From contig NC_087437.1 in NCBI RefSeq assembly GCF_036321535.1, positions 100,504,001 to 100,568,000 on the forward strand: 64,000 bases of DNA, in the 5' to 3' direction. Under the pieces are notes generated by a model. The model saw only the letters and a program-made list of their open reading frames with translations. It made no database searches and had not been told where the DNA came from. Position 1 is the first letter of the stretch. Each line of letters opens with the position of its first letter. Of the stretch, positions 1 to 13,556 are shown piece by piece. Source of the stretch: Camelus dromedarius (lineage: Eukaryota). The position numbers were made by a program, and so were the translations under genes.

Positions 1-3000
1 GGTCAGAAACTTGAAAATTCTTATAGCTTTCTGGCAATAAGTCCACATGAGATCTGGTGCGTGCCCATCTTCAGTATACACTGTCTCATTTTGTTAAAAT
101 CCCTTCCAGTTCAAACTCCTTGGTTAGAGGAATCACCAGAGCATTACAGTTGCAGTTCAAATAGTTTGTCTTCAACATGGTACAACCTTTTATTACTGAA
201 AAGGCCTCTCTGTAGCTGATTTTTCTAGTTGCAACTCAATATCTTTTAAATTCATCCTAAACTTTAAAATTAGAAAGTTTAATAAAGTTAAAGGGAGAAC
301 AAGTTGGGAGTAACTAAAAAGAGGTCACCATAATTAGGACAAGAGATAGGAATCTGGAATCTGGCTCCTCAGATGTGGGTTGTTAGTTAAGTTACAGATC
401 TTAACTAGATGTTGTTACAAGCCTAGTTTTAATTTTTTAAAAAATATTCTATAATTTAAAGTTATCATCAATTAAACCTACATTTCACTTCCATCCCTCC
501 CTACTTCTGTCCAAATACTAAAGTTTTACTATCAGAGCCATTTAAAAAGTGTTCAAATTTATTTAGTGACATTAAAAGATAGTTAAAGAAAAATACGTAT
601 CTGTATTTTTAAGTATATCAAAGGTAGCCAAGCTAAAGTTCAAAAGTCATATTACACTTTATACTTAAAAGTGCTTTTTTAGTGAACAGCAAGATATAAT
701 GTTTGCCATTATGGGAAACAAGAGAAAAGAGGTTAATGCCAGATTGAGTTAACAATATTCAGCCTCCCTACCACAAGTAAAGTGTTGGGCCTTTACTTAG
801 TGGAAAGACGCTGGTGTGCCAGAAGCAAGACAAAACAAGAGCTGTTGAGTAGTTAATATAGTCTTGATTCAAACTAAATCAAGGATTTAACATTGACATT
901 TAAACTGCTCTCTGACTACTGACCAGTGTTTCGGTCAAAGGCACAAAGAATCAAGGAAGAAAGATTAAAAGTAAGCACTGGTGAAACCAGTGCCTCAACC
1001 AAGAGAAAATACCCTCAGATTTTTCTTGCTGGAAAGATTACTAAGGATCTGCATTTGGGTCTGTTTCTAGAAAAGTTCCTGGAAAGGTCAACAAAGTAGG
1101 GGAGAATGAAGTCTGAGATGGCTCATACAGTCCAAGGTAGACTAGTAAGCCTTGGTAATACTAATCAACTAGCAAGATCAATGTACACTGAAAACTTTGG
1201 CATAAGAGGCACCAATCCTGTCCTATAAAAAAGTTTGTCTCCACAGAAGAGAAAGGAAGTCAATTATTAGAGAAAAGTAAAAATACTATTTGCATAGTTT
1301 TGGCACAAAATGAAAACTGATAGTATGAAGTAACAGATCGGAGCCCTGGACCTCTGCCTCGTCCCCTGATCTTTAGTTTCATTTCTCACATTGTTTTATT
1401 ACAGTTGAGTTTTATTATGGCTCCTGACCACCCTGGGCTACGTTCCTCCCAGCCTTAAAAGTCTAGGGAATGGCAGTGAGTAAAAAACTTTAGAGATTTT
1501 AGTACCATGAACTATGATGCATATTATTGTATTTGATCATAAATGCATAAAAAGTGTAGAGTGTCTCAGTGCCAAGGACAGGCCGTAAGTATTAAGAAGT
1601 TTATGCATCTATCTCCTAATCCTAGAAGTAGACAATTAATTCTAATGGTGAATTATAGGTGCCCCCCACAACCATCCCCCTCCAAAAAAAATCAGTCTCC
1701 TTAAAGTGCATTTCTTAGGTCCTTGAACTGTATCACCTACGGCTTGGAAGTATATGTATATAGGTACTTACTTCCTTTTAAGTACTGTAAAGTCACAGAA
1801 AAAAGGCAACTTAGAACCATGCTCAGAATATGAAATCTCTCCTACAAGATTAAACTGTCTTTTGTTCTTTCTTTCTTTTTCCGTCTTCATTTTATAAATA
1901 CATGCATGCACACAGTTTTAAACAATTTGATTAGACCAGTTTTGATCTGACATAAGCAACAATTCAAAGGTGTGAAGTATTTCAGCTTAACTGTGGACTC
2001 AAAACTAGCCTAAAAATTCCAAGAGAATTTTTAACTTAGCCTCTTAGCTAAAAAAAGAATAGAAAGCTTTGGAGAAAACTCAGCAATTTGTAAGCTAAGA
2101 AACCAAGGGACAGCCACAGTACCATTCTACAAAAAAGTTATATCAAATGAGTAAAGTTAAATGTCATATTTTTTGAAGTCCTTCTTTCTTATCTAACATT
2201 TATTGACTGGCACTGTGCTGAAAATTTGGTAGGGGAAAGAAAACTTCAAAAACATTTAAAAGGTTTGCTGACATAGACAAAGAATATACCTAGTTATTTT
2301 TCAGGTATTTGATTACTTTATTATCACATTGTTTTCACTGATTTTTAAAAACCTGTGTACTGATAAAAACTGAAATTTTGTGGAATTCTGGGTTCTCATT
2401 TCCCTCCTTTTTCCCTAAAATTTCTAAGATTAAAAAAAATCTTATGATATTAAAATGGTTATAATGCACAAGCTTATCCCTGTAGTAAATATGAAATGTA
2501 TTATTTGTGAGCACTGACTTCAGATAAATTGGGAAGAAAATTTAATTCTAAAATAATTTTTCTCATAAAGGTTTAATTAGCATTTAAAAATCTAAAACCT
2601 TGAGTGTACATAGACTATAAAAGGAAACAATACTAATTCAAATTGAGAATTATTTTTGTCTTTTAAGATAAAGCCAACTATTTTTTAAACAACGTAGGAC
2701 TTATGACAAGCTTATAATTGAGATAAATGTTATCAGAGATGAAATATTCATAAAGATGGTACCTGAGGAGTATCTGTATATTTTTTATATAATGATGAAG
2801 AACCAGTTAAAAGGCACTATTAAAAGAAACTGGAAAAACAAATATGAAAGTTTAGGTTTCTGCAGAAAAATTCTATCACAGCATGAACACCACTAATGAT
2901 GATTTAGCAGGAAGCATTGGTAGGAAAAGCTGGCTGATGGAATATCAAAGTCAGCAATTAGGATTCAGGGGAACAGGTTTCTCATATGAGTTCTATCAAG

Positions 3001-3044
3001 TAAAATAACTACTGACAATCGATCAATGGAATTAAAATCACATA

Positions 3045-3240
3045 CACTAGAACCAGATGACCAGGCTTCAAAGCGCAGCATTGTCATTTATTGCCGTGCA
3101 ACTTCAAAGTGCATTTTTTGTCTTGAAGATTAGGCTCCATCAACTTTAAAATGGATAATAATAGTCATCTCAGAGCTATTTTGAGTGGAATAAGATAATC
3201 TATGTAATGTGCTTGGTACACAGTGCCTGGCAAATAACAA
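3045..3240 (+). mobile_element. MIR SINE relic
   Basis: MIR-like core and tail (...GATAATCTATGTAATGTGCTTGGTACACAGTGCCTGGCAAATAA). Confidence 0.65.
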
Positions 3241-4188
3241 CAGCTTGTTTTTAGCAACCTTGAACAGTCCAACTACCTAGTTCTCAGTTTCCCTCAGTAT
3301 AAATACAGGTTTGGGCTGAGTCATTTCTAATGCCTCTGCCCATCTAAAATTAAAATCTATAATGTGAAAGACCAACTGTATTTCTAAAAAAAAACATAAA
3401 TTCAGATCTTTCACTCTAGCATAATTAAGGACATGGTAATTTAAATTTACAAAAGAATCATGTTTTTAAGTCATTCCTTTGAAATCAGTCGTAATTACTA
3501 TATTTACCGAAGCCAGTTATATATACTTTTTGGAACTTACAGGAAATCCATGATCTTCCACTGATTATCACGTTCAGCAACTACAATTCTGAGAGTACAA
3601 TGGCAAAACTGTCATAACCAATATGATTTTAAATGGAAAATGAATGTCATATAGTTAATTCTACATGTTTTTAGTAGTCTACTTATGGTTATAATTTTGA
3701 CTTTTACTACAGAGTATCTAAATATATTAATTTGGTGTCTACAACAATTTCTAAAAAACAAGTCCTAAGAGGGATCTTAAGGTAGATATTCCCATTTTTT
3801 TTAACTGAAGGAACATTTGATCTTTCCTACATAATATAAAAGTCAAGATGATTAAAGTTAATCTAAAGGTGTAACAGAATCTCTCTATTGATATGTTACA
3901 ATTCAAAATTCAAATGGCAGGCAAACTTTTTCATTGCCAGAGTATTAAGCATCTTTTTAGTATGACTCATAAATATTAAAAAAAAAATCAGAATTTATCA
4001 TGGCAACATCAAGATTAAAGAAACATATTCCACATGATTCTTGGGGACAAACTATTGATATCCATGGGCACATAAACTGCACACCAAACACTTTCAATAA
4101 TATATATATATATTTTTTTTTTAGTATTTGGAGAACTCTTCATATACTCTTAGAGATACTATTAAGAAAATTTAAAAGCCTTCTTAGT

Positions 4189-4339
4189 TTGAATATTGTT
4201 CCCTGTGCTATACAGTACAAACTTGCTTATCTATTTTATATACAGTAGTTACTATTTGCAAATCTCAAACTCCCAATTTATCCCTTCCTACCCCCTCTAC
4301 CCCCTCGTAACCGTAAGTTTGTTTTCTGTCAGTCTGTTA
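4189..4339 (-). mobile_element. Artiodactyl/camelid-type L1 3'UTR fragment
   Basis: TTGAATATTGTTCCCTGTGCTATACAGTA...TAAGTTTGTTTTCT, nearly identical to the copies at ~21180-21310 and ~62290-62380. Confidence 0.8.
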
Positions 4340-4697
4340 TGTTAGTTCTTAATATTAAAAAACAAACAAAAAACAAAAACAAAACAAACACAAAAACAAT
4401 TGTTAAAATCTGCCAACTTAATAAGCTTTGAAACCGGAAAAGTTTACCAGTTAATACTCATACCTCATCTTTATATTAGCAAAACTGGGATTAACACTGC
4501 AGGAGTTTAAAAAAAAGTTTCTCTTAAATTCATAGCAGTGCTAACTTCCGCTTCATTTCCAGGAACTCTTTATCTTTAACAGATCTCCACACTTCATTCA
4601 TGTCACAGTTTACAATCATTCAAGAAATTTTAGTTTTAGCTTATAACTGGTTCAGCATAAAGTAGTTCTGTAAAGTTCATGCCATAAAATTAATCTA

Positions 4698-4904
<207 letters not shown>

Positions 4905-5278
4905 TTAGGCACTTCTAGGAAGAGAGAAGGATGCTGTTCAGTTTATCTAAAGCAACAGCCCCATCAAACAAGCATCGCCATAATTGTACTTCAATATCAT
5001 ATTACTGTGCAAAGACACAAAGCTAATAAAACTTAAAGCCTAGTCGTAAGTGACACTATGCCTAAGTGCCTTTTTTGATCCTGTGTTTTACTTGGTTGGG
5101 GGGGATCTGGCGGAAAGCAGTTTTCTGGCATTCGAGCCCGCGCCCCCCATCCCTGACCAGGCATAGAAAGAGCTTAGTAGCGAGGCCTTTTCAGATGCCG
5201 GGTCTGTCAACCTACTTAACGCTGTTAAATGCAGGAAGAAAGACCTGCTCGGGACACCTCTTCGCTAACTTCATGGTG

Positions 5279-5339
5279 GGAACCTTAGAGGCGTTTCGCT
5301 AGCTCGGCGGAACCTTAGAGGCGTTTCGCTAGCTCGGCG
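5279..5339. repeat. Perfect 30-bp tandem duplication (GGAACCTTAGAGGCGTTTCGCTAGCTCGGC x2)
   Basis: Identical units at 5279-5308 and 5309-5338, read directly from the sequence. Confidence 0.97.
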
Positions 5340-5833
5340 TAGCAAGGTTTCCTATCCGAGATCCGGGGGCAGAAAAAAATGCACGTGGAAAAGAACACTA
5401 GGGAGGGGTCCCGGGAGTGTCCAAAGGATCCGCACGGAAGGCCGGGCAGCGGCTCCGCTGTGCCGCTCGGGCACGGCCGGAGGCGGGGTGGCCAAGCCCG
5501 GCCGGGGGTCCCGGAGCCCGGCCGGCGGGAGCTTCGCGTCCCCTCGCCCTGGGCTTCCTCCCGCCCAGAGAGAATGCGTTCGAGGGCCACCGCAGCCGGT
5601 CCTCCCGGACTCTGCGTCTCGGGGAGTCGGGTCCCAGCCGGGCCTCCGGCGTTGGGGGCGCGCGCCCGCCCCTCAGGTTGCCGCGGACCCGTGTCGGTCT
5701 CCCCGACCGTCCGACCGGGCGCCCCGCGCGGAACAGCGCCAGCGGCCGCGGGGCTCGGAGTGCGAGGCAGCGGGACCGCGAGGCCGAGGACCGGGACGCA
5801 GGAGGGTCGGGGGCGGGGAAGCGGGGTCTTTAC

Positions 5834-5905
5834 CGTCCGGCTTCGCGAGCCGCTGCAACCGATCCGCGCGGCTCGGGCTCCTCCACTATTGTTTCCGGCC
5901 GCAGC
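5834..5905 (-). other. C21orf91: Probable non-coding exon 1 (5'UTR) of C21orf91; 5' end approximate
   Basis: Donor GGACG|GTAAAG at 5834/5833 inside the CpG island, giving a 988-nt intron to the acceptor at 4846. No ATG in the exon. ETS-like CCGGAA and GC boxes lie at its 5' end. Confidence 0.6.
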
Positions 5906-7084
5906 GCAGGCGGCCGCCGCGGAGAAGGCTGCCGCGCGGCCCCGCCCCCTCCCGCCGGTGCCATCCCTCCGAGGCTCCGGGGGTGCGGGGCGGGGGGCGG
6001 CGCGGCGGAGGGCGAAGCCGCGCGCCCGCACGTCGGACCCCGGCCCCGCCTCCCTGCTGCTGCGCCGACGCCGCCTCCTCAACCCGCGTTTGCCCCTGAT
6101 TCCGCGTGTCGGCGCCGGGTCTCTTACCGTCCTGTGGAGGTGGCTCCTCACACGCCCCCTCCTCGAGGCAAGTAGATAGAGGAGTCCGTCACCACCTCCC
6201 CCTTTAGCGTAGTGGAAACTACTGCCCCGGGCGGGGGCCGCCGGGCGCGGGGGCCGGAGAGTGACGAGTGGATGCGAGAGAGGGAGCGAGATGCGTGGGT
6301 AGAACTTTGTCTGAAAGCAGTAGACTGAAGGAAAATAGTATCACCGAACTTTGAGTTAGGTGCCAGTTGAAATATTTAATGACGGAAAAGTTCGTGTTTC
6401 AAGTTTCAGAATTTAGGATAATTTTAAATACAGAAGCTTATTTTTTACAGATTGTTTTAGACACGGGGCGCCCCTGCCTGTAATGTGGCGCATTCCTTAC
6501 ACGCCCACGGGGATCATCCTGGGGCCCCACCTCTTATTTTAGGTCCCGCCTCTCTAAAAAAAACCTGTGAGGTACTAAAGACTTCTTTTGCCCACTTTGC
6601 TTGACGTTTTAAACCATTCTTTTTTTTTTTTAAAGAGTATGGTTCATGTAATATTTTCAGTTACGTTTTCTATTATAATCCTCCTCAAACAGCCTTGAGA
6701 AGAGAAACAAGAACCGAGAACCGTTCTCTCGTTTTCATCCTAGGAATGCAAATTAGGAACCCAGATTATCAGTTGGTTTAGAAACAAAGCTGGGATTTGA
6801 ACCCGAAGCTGCTGATTGATGTAAAATCACTGTTATTTTCCAGAGCATCACTAGCACTTGTTCTGGTTACACTAACAAAGAGAAAGGGGGGCTGGGTTGT
6901 CAGGCTCCCTGTAACTGATGGTAGGAATGGATTCCACAGATCCTGGGAACCTCCAGACCAAATTAGCACGTTATAAATAAACCATCAGTGCCTCAGAAGA
7001 GTGGTCTGTGTTCTTTCTACTTACAGTGTAAGAGATGAACCAGCAACATTGGCCTCACCTTGTATCTAGTTAGAAATATAGACT

Positions 7085-7170
7085 AAGTCTCACCCAAGAC
7101 TTCCTGAATCAGAACCTGCCTTTTAGGAAGACCTCCAGGTGATTTATGCACATTAAAGTCTGAGAAGCAC
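7085..7170. mobile_element. MER5A-like hAT-Charlie fragment
   Basis: TGAATCAGAACCTGC...CCAGGTGATTTATGCACATTAAAGTCTGAGAAGCAC resembles the MER5A end. Confidence 0.6.
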
Positions 7171-7389
7171 AATTGAAATAGAAAAGTCTGTATGTTTTCT
7201 TTTTGAATTTTACTTTCAAGATAAATATGACTAAAATGTCTTGCATCTTGGATTCTATCCATCTTTTCAATGAAAGTGCTTTCTAAAATCACGAAGTTTC
7301 CTTGTATTGAATAAGTTCTTTTCATTTCTCAGTGTTCTCTCTCTTTCTGTGGCATCTTACCCCGTTAACTCTGCTTAAAACTCTACCTT

Positions 7390-8000
7390 TTTTATTTTTT
7401 AATTATTTTTTTAAAGTCTACACATCAGGGTATAACTTACGGAAATAAAATTTTCCTATTTTATAAGTACAGTCACTGAATTTTGTCAAATGTGTACAAT
7501 AGTGTATCCACCATCCCAATGCAGATATAGAACATATCCAGAACCCCAAAATTCTTTATGCTCCTTCTCAGTCAAGCCCCCGCAACATCTGATCCACTTT
7601 ACGTCATTAAGGACAAGTTTTACCTGCTCTAGAGCTGTATATATGTAGAGTTAAATGGTATGTATTCTTTTGTGATTGGCTGCTTTCATTTATTTAGCAT
7701 GGTTTTGAGATTCACAGTGATGCTTTGTAATACTAGTTCCTTTTTATTGCTGAATAGTATTCCACAATTTGTTTATCCATTCACTTATTGATGAATACTT
7801 GAGTTATTTCTAGTTTGGGGACTATTATAAAGCTGCTGTGAATATTCCTGTAAAAATCTTTTTGTGTGTTTATTTATGTTTTCTTTCTCTTAGGCAAATA
7901 CCCAGGAGTGGAATTGGTGACTTGTATGGTAAGTGTACACTTACTTTTAAAAGAAATTGCCAGCTGCTTTCCTAAGTGGTTATAACATTTTACATAGCTA
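7390..8000 (-). mobile_element. Old L1M (L1MB/MC-type) 3' end
   Basis: T-rich tail followed by typical antisense L1M 3'UTR/ORF2-end motifs (TTTATCCATTCAC...CCCAGGAGTGGAATTG). Confidence 0.75.
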
Positions 8001-8310
8001 AGACTGTTTCCTCTTCTTGATAATTTGACCCTTTTTATCACTGAACAACTTTTTATCTCTGGTAATATTTCTTCTCCTGAAATCTACTTTCTCCAATATT
8101 AATACAGGAACTCCTACTCTCTCATGATTAGTTGTTTCTATGTATATCTTTTCTAGTCTTTTTACTTTTACCCCCTCTGTGTCTTTGTATTAACATGCTG
8201 CCTGCTTTTACTAATAGATTTTTTTTCCCTCCTGAGTAAGAGTCATATTTTCTTGCTTCTATGATATGCTTTGATTGGATGCTGACTATTGTAAAAGTGA
8301 CATTGTTGAG

Positions 8311-8846
8311 TGTGGTAGGCAGAGTAGCACCCAATCCCTGCATCCTGTGAATATATATGTGACACAGCAAGAGAGATTTTGCAGATATAATTAAGGTTAT
8401 GGGCTTTCAGATATGGAGATTATCCTGTTATTGGGGAGATCTGAGTCTAATCACATGAACCTTTAAAAGCAAGGAACTTTCTCCAACTAAAGTCAGAGAG
8501 ATGCAGCAGAAGAGGAAGTCAAAGTGGTTGGAAACATGAGGGGGACCTGAGACACCATTGCTCTAGGAGCAAAGACTGGAACCCAGCTAGCCGCCAGCAA
8601 GGAAATGGGGACTTCAGTCCTAACACTGCTAGGAACTGAATTCAGCCAAAAAAGTAAATGGGTTTGGAAGTTCATTCCAATGCCCTGCCATCACCTTGAT
8701 TTTAGCCTCATGAGATTCTAAATGAAGGGTTTGAATTGCATTGTACCTGAACTTGTTACCTACAGAACTATGAGATAATAAATGGTATTGTTTTAAGCCA
8801 TTAAATTTGTGTCACTTTGTTATGGAAGCATTATAAAACGAATACA
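8311..8846 (+). mobile_element. MaLR solo LTR (MLT1D/E-like)
   Basis: TGTGGTAGGCAGA...TTTAAGCCA...AATACA with TG...CA termini and a 5-bp TSD-like pair TTGAG/TTGAA. Confidence 0.8.
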
Positions 8847-10794
8847 TTGAATGTCTGAATTTTTAAAGAGTGTTGGGCTTTGTTTTGGGAAGCTGTTACC
8901 CTAGTAGCTTATTAAACTTTGTGAGAGTCTCGACTGTCCTTTTGTTACAAGAATTTTCTAGTCCTCTTGTCAAGGAGTGGCTCAGGCTTTCTGTATCACA
9001 AGCCTTCAGTAAAGTTTCTGTACTCTGGTTGGATAAAACTCAAATAATTACTTGCCCTGTGAGCTCCAGTAGTTGTCAGATTGTAGTTCCCCAGTAATTA
9101 TTTTTCCCCTGGTAGTTAATTTTTGCCCAGCGTCTTGGGGCTTCACCCTATACCCTGTATGCTGACAGCTTAGTAGTCAGGCAAAGACTTAAATTGTATT
9201 CAGAAACTCTTTTTGTGTATAGTTTTTCCTGTCTAGGATTCCTTATTGCAAATTCCAGACCTCTCATACTCCCCAGACTCAATTTGTATCTCCTCATCCC
9301 AGCTTTTCTTGAATCTGCTTACATGGACCATGGTCTGAAAGTACCGCCAGGCATAAAGCCAGGGCACTTGTAGGGCTCACCTCATTTGTTTCCTTACTTT
9401 TTGGGATCGCATTTTTGCTCTGCCTGTGTTACAGTGTCTGAAAATAGGTATTTCATATGTTTTACCCTGCTTTATAACTTTGAAGAGCTATCCTGGTACT
9501 CTTTACTCCATCCTCGCTAGAGTCCGTTGTTGTTTTGTCAGTGAATCCTTCGTTCATCAAACAAAAGCTTCTCAGATCTCTTTGGTTCAGTCTAATTTTT
9601 TCTGTCCGTCCTTCACAGTGCATTATGAAATAAACACAGATGAAATCCCCTTCTCAAAAACTTGTCATGGCTTCTTGCCTTTCTCATAGCAGTAATAGAT
9701 AAATCTATTTAGCATTTAGACAGTGATAGTGGACTTTCTAGTTTACTGTCTCATTTGAAAAAACCTAACTTACTTACTCTGATAGTCAAAGATTTTATCT
9801 TTAATTAATTGTAATCCTTTCTAATTTAGTAACTCAATAAAGTGTGTAAAAATGTGTTATAAACTGTAGGGTGGTATACAAAGGTTAGCTGTATAATTGA
9901 TTCTTGTCCTAAAACTGACATTACCTTTACTTTAGGCTTCAGTTAGTTATGAATCCTATCAGATGTGAGTAACAGAAAACCAGGTCAACAGCATCTGAAT
10001 CAGGAAAGGTTTTATTTGTTTCAGCAAATGAGATCAGTGGAGCCAGCTGCTGGCAGTGGTTCACTGGCTCATTGCATCAAGACCGCCCTCTCTGCAGCCA
10101 TTTGGGCTTTCCTTCTCAAGAGCAGAATGGCTGCCCTCCAGTTAGGGAACAAGCTGTCTTCCAGACAGGAAGATGGAGATGGAAGGGGTAGGGGGAAGAA
10201 GTAGGAGAGAAAGTTGCTTCTTCCATTTTTGCAAGGAAGGAAAAGCTTTCCTGAGAGACCCCAGCAGGTTTCTGTTCTGTCTAATCATCAAAACTACATG
10301 ACAACAACAGATTCTAAGAAAGTGAGTAGGTTTTTTCGCCTGTATGACAGAAGGCTAAGAAAAGAGATTAGGTACATAAACCAATGATGACTGCTAGAGC
10401 GTTTATGTAATTTTCTTTTCTGAAAATCATTTCTGTGTCTGCTGTGGTGAAAATGACTCTTGCTCATCATTCTGATCAATGTCTGCTTCAAAAATTTCTT
10501 TAATCTTCTCACTTTTCTGAATCCCCACAACTTTTGTTCGTGCCACTGCTATTCTCGGTATTTTTTCCTGGCATGTTCCCAATATAAAGTAGAGGATTCA
10601 GTACACTTGGTGTGTCTCCCCATCCATTTCTTACCTCTGCTGTCTTTGCTTCTCTTCATGTGTTAACTTACTCTCTGCTGTAGGAGATGTACTTCACTTC
10701 ATCTGTTTAGCCTGGAACATTGGCACATGCAGCTTCAGGCTTAGGGCCTTTTAGTACCATGACTTTAAAGGTGCTGGAAACTCAAGATGTGCGC

Positions 10795-11176
10795 ATAATT
10801 GACTGTATTATTATTTCCACTTCTTCATACCCTCCCTCTGCCATGTGATGTCATAGTTCCCTACAGTGAGCAGAGTATGTTTCCCCACCCCACTGGAATA
10901 TTAATCAACATGACATGAACAGAGACCTCAAATGTGCTTGTGTGACTTAGCTTGGCTTCTTGTGCCTCTGCCATGTGTTATTGAGAAAACTTCACCCAGA
11001 TGGTTGCGGGTCTGAGGAGGATGAGAAACATGTGGAGCAGACCTGGGTGCAGTCAGCAGCCTAAAGCTAAGGAGGCCCAGTGGACCTGTGGACCCCTGAT
11101 AGATGCTTGTTGTTGTAAGCACTGAGTTGTGGGTTGTTTTGTTATGCAGCATATCATAGTGATGATTGTTAATACA
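10795..11176 (+). mobile_element. MaLR LTR (MLT1H/I-like)
   Basis: 3' end TTGTTGTAAGCACTGAG...TTGTTATGCAGCA...TAATACA. Confidence 0.65.
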
Positions 11177-11553
11177 GCAAGATTCTAAATGGCTGAGTTT
11201 AATTTATATGATCATTCCTGAATCAGTTACAATGGCCAGTACTTTAATTGGCCAGGCTTGGATTGCATTCCCCACCCCCACCCCCCCAAATAACAGGTTG
11301 GCTCAGAAATGGGGCTACAGGAATTAAAATCTGATCTTATGATATGGGAGAAGAGCTTCTCCAAAGAAAAGTGGCTGTTGCTACCAGAAGAAGGGAGTTG
11401 GTTTGAAACCATAACAAATAGGCAAAAACCATCTATCATAATCCACTCTGGTGTTCTTTGGACTTCCGTATTCATTGCTAGAATTTGGGGTTGTGTGCAA
11501 GGAATCTTGCCTTACTCATCTTGTATTTCAACGCTTATTTTACAGATTGTGCT

Positions 11554-12055
11554 TGTATCAGTTAGGATTAGGTTTCACTGCCATAATATGAACACCCCAA
11601 ATACAAATGACTTTAAAAGATAGGACTTTATTTTTTCTCTTCACGAAAAGCCTGGAGGTAGGCAGTCTGGGGCTGGTGTGGGGGCTCTGACCCACAAAGT
11701 CCTCAGGAACACATGCTGCTTCTAGCCTTCCACTCTGTCATCCCCAGGATGTGGGTCTCATTGTTTTGCATCAGAGATAGCCCCTTCCATTAGAAACAGA
11801 TCCTAAACAGCAGGGTGGAGGAAAGTGAGAAGACAGGGCAAAGAATATATACCAGCTGCTTTTTAAGACTATTTCTCAAAAGCTGCTACGTAACATTTCT
11901 GGTTACCCCCAGTCCCCACTTCCAGGTAAGAGCCTAGATGAAAGGGAAACTTGGGATCTGGTCTTTATTTCAGCATCCATGTACCTAGCTGAAATTCAGG
12001 GCTTCTAGAATAGGGACAGTGGATATTAGAATAAGCAACAAGCAGTCTCTGTTGC
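11554..12055 (-). mobile_element. MaLR LTR (MLT1K/L-like)
   Basis: Antisense LTR end TGTATCAGTTAGGATTAGG...GGAGGTAGGCAGTCTGGGGCTGG. Confidence 0.6.
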
Positions 12056-13556
12056 AGGACTCAATCAATATTTCTTGAAAGAATGTGTTGAGTGAATGAA
12101 TCATATATTAAAAATTAAAATTGGTTAATAAACACTGAAGACTGAATTTTCAATCTTAGATTCAATGCTGGCTTAAATAATCTATTTGAAGTAAAATACC
12201 TATTAAACTATTTCTTATTTTTGGTAAGCAAGAAAGCAAAAATTGACTATTTGTTTTAGAATTCTTTTTGCTTTATACTCAAATTGAACAATATGGTAAG
12301 CTCATTTCAGTTTTGTTGGTCCATTTTCTAAAAGTCTAATTTTTTATAGGATTCCAGACAAAATTTAGTGCTGCTCCATTGGAGTCCTTAACGCTGAAGG
12401 AAATGTCTGTCTTAAAATTATGGGTCCTCTTAAGCTTAGACAAGCATCCCTTTGAAAGCTTGGGATACAACTATTTGCATTAAAGGGATTTACCACCCAT
12501 GGTGTCAGTAATGCTGACATTATGGACGAGCTGTCTGCTGATCCATTGTCCTGTTGTGCGAGCAAAACAAACCAAACTTATTTCCAGTCTGTGGGTGGAT
12601 AAATCTACTGTTGGCATTGCTGGGAGGAGACTGGGAGTTAACTACCAAGATACTGATTTTTTTTTCCACTGTGGGTCTAAAGCCAGTCTTTAGTAATGTG
12701 CACAGTTCCTGCTGTTAAATTCAAGATGATAAAAGGAAAGTTTGGGATTGATGTCTGAAGTTAGAAAGGAGTCTGTTTCATAATATTTTACCAGAGGCTT
12801 ATTTTTATATTTCATTGTATAAATGTCAGATGTCTGGATGTAGAATACTCAAGCTAGAAATTGAAACCCCAGCATATCTCTCAGTTGACTACTGGTGTGC
12901 CTATTGACTTAGAGAATTTTGAATTTCAGAATTATAAATTTTCAGAATTTTCTTTAATTCAGGGAAGTTTTTTGATGGGAGATAGATGACAGTGTTTATG
13001 GTAAGTCAAAAAGAATACAACTTTTTTGTTTTTTTGTTTTTGGAATTTCTACTAAACATGGTACTTTTCCACAAAAGTTAAAACTAATTAAAATTTGTAA
13101 ATGCTTTTTTCATTTGTTCATTCATTCATTTACTTATTTATTCATTCAACAATTTTTAATCAAATGCTCATTATATTTGAGATACTGTTCCACGTATTAG
13201 TTACATAGGAGGGAGCAAAACAGAGTCCCTACTCTTGAGAAATTTAGCTCCTGGTGCAAGAGACAGGCATTAAGGAATTGCTTTTGGAATGGAGTTTTTA
13301 ATGGCATTGGAATATATTTGCATTTTAATTGTTTTAGCACTGTAAAGATGTCTAAGTACTACATTGACAAATACTTTTCTGTCCTGCTTTTCTTCCCCCA
13401 CTATTCTGCTAATTCTTACATGTTAAATACAGTAATGATTCACTTATCTATAATCTGTAGGAAATTAAGGGTTCCACAACAGGGCTTTTCCCCAAAATAA
13501 CTGGAAAATGATAGTTTTAAAAACCTTAAGGATTTTAGCTATTTTGAAAGAAAGCT

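Larger units (their letters stand above)
5270..6300. promoter_or_regulatory. CpG-island promoter of C21orf91
   Basis: About 1 kb of very high GC and CpG density within otherwise CpG-depleted DNA. Multiple GC boxes (GGGCGG near 5810, 5990, 6230). Lies directly upstream of the first coding exon. Confidence 0.9.

Noticed and set aside
5279..5339. CRISPR-like repeat
   Set aside because: Two adjacent copies with no spacer, no cas genes, and a mammalian context.
5315..6179. Four long overlapping ORFs (203-278 aa) on both strands
   Set aside because: They are Arg/Pro/Gly/Ala-rich low-complexity translations, expected from stop-codon scarcity in a CpG island, with no recognisable domain.
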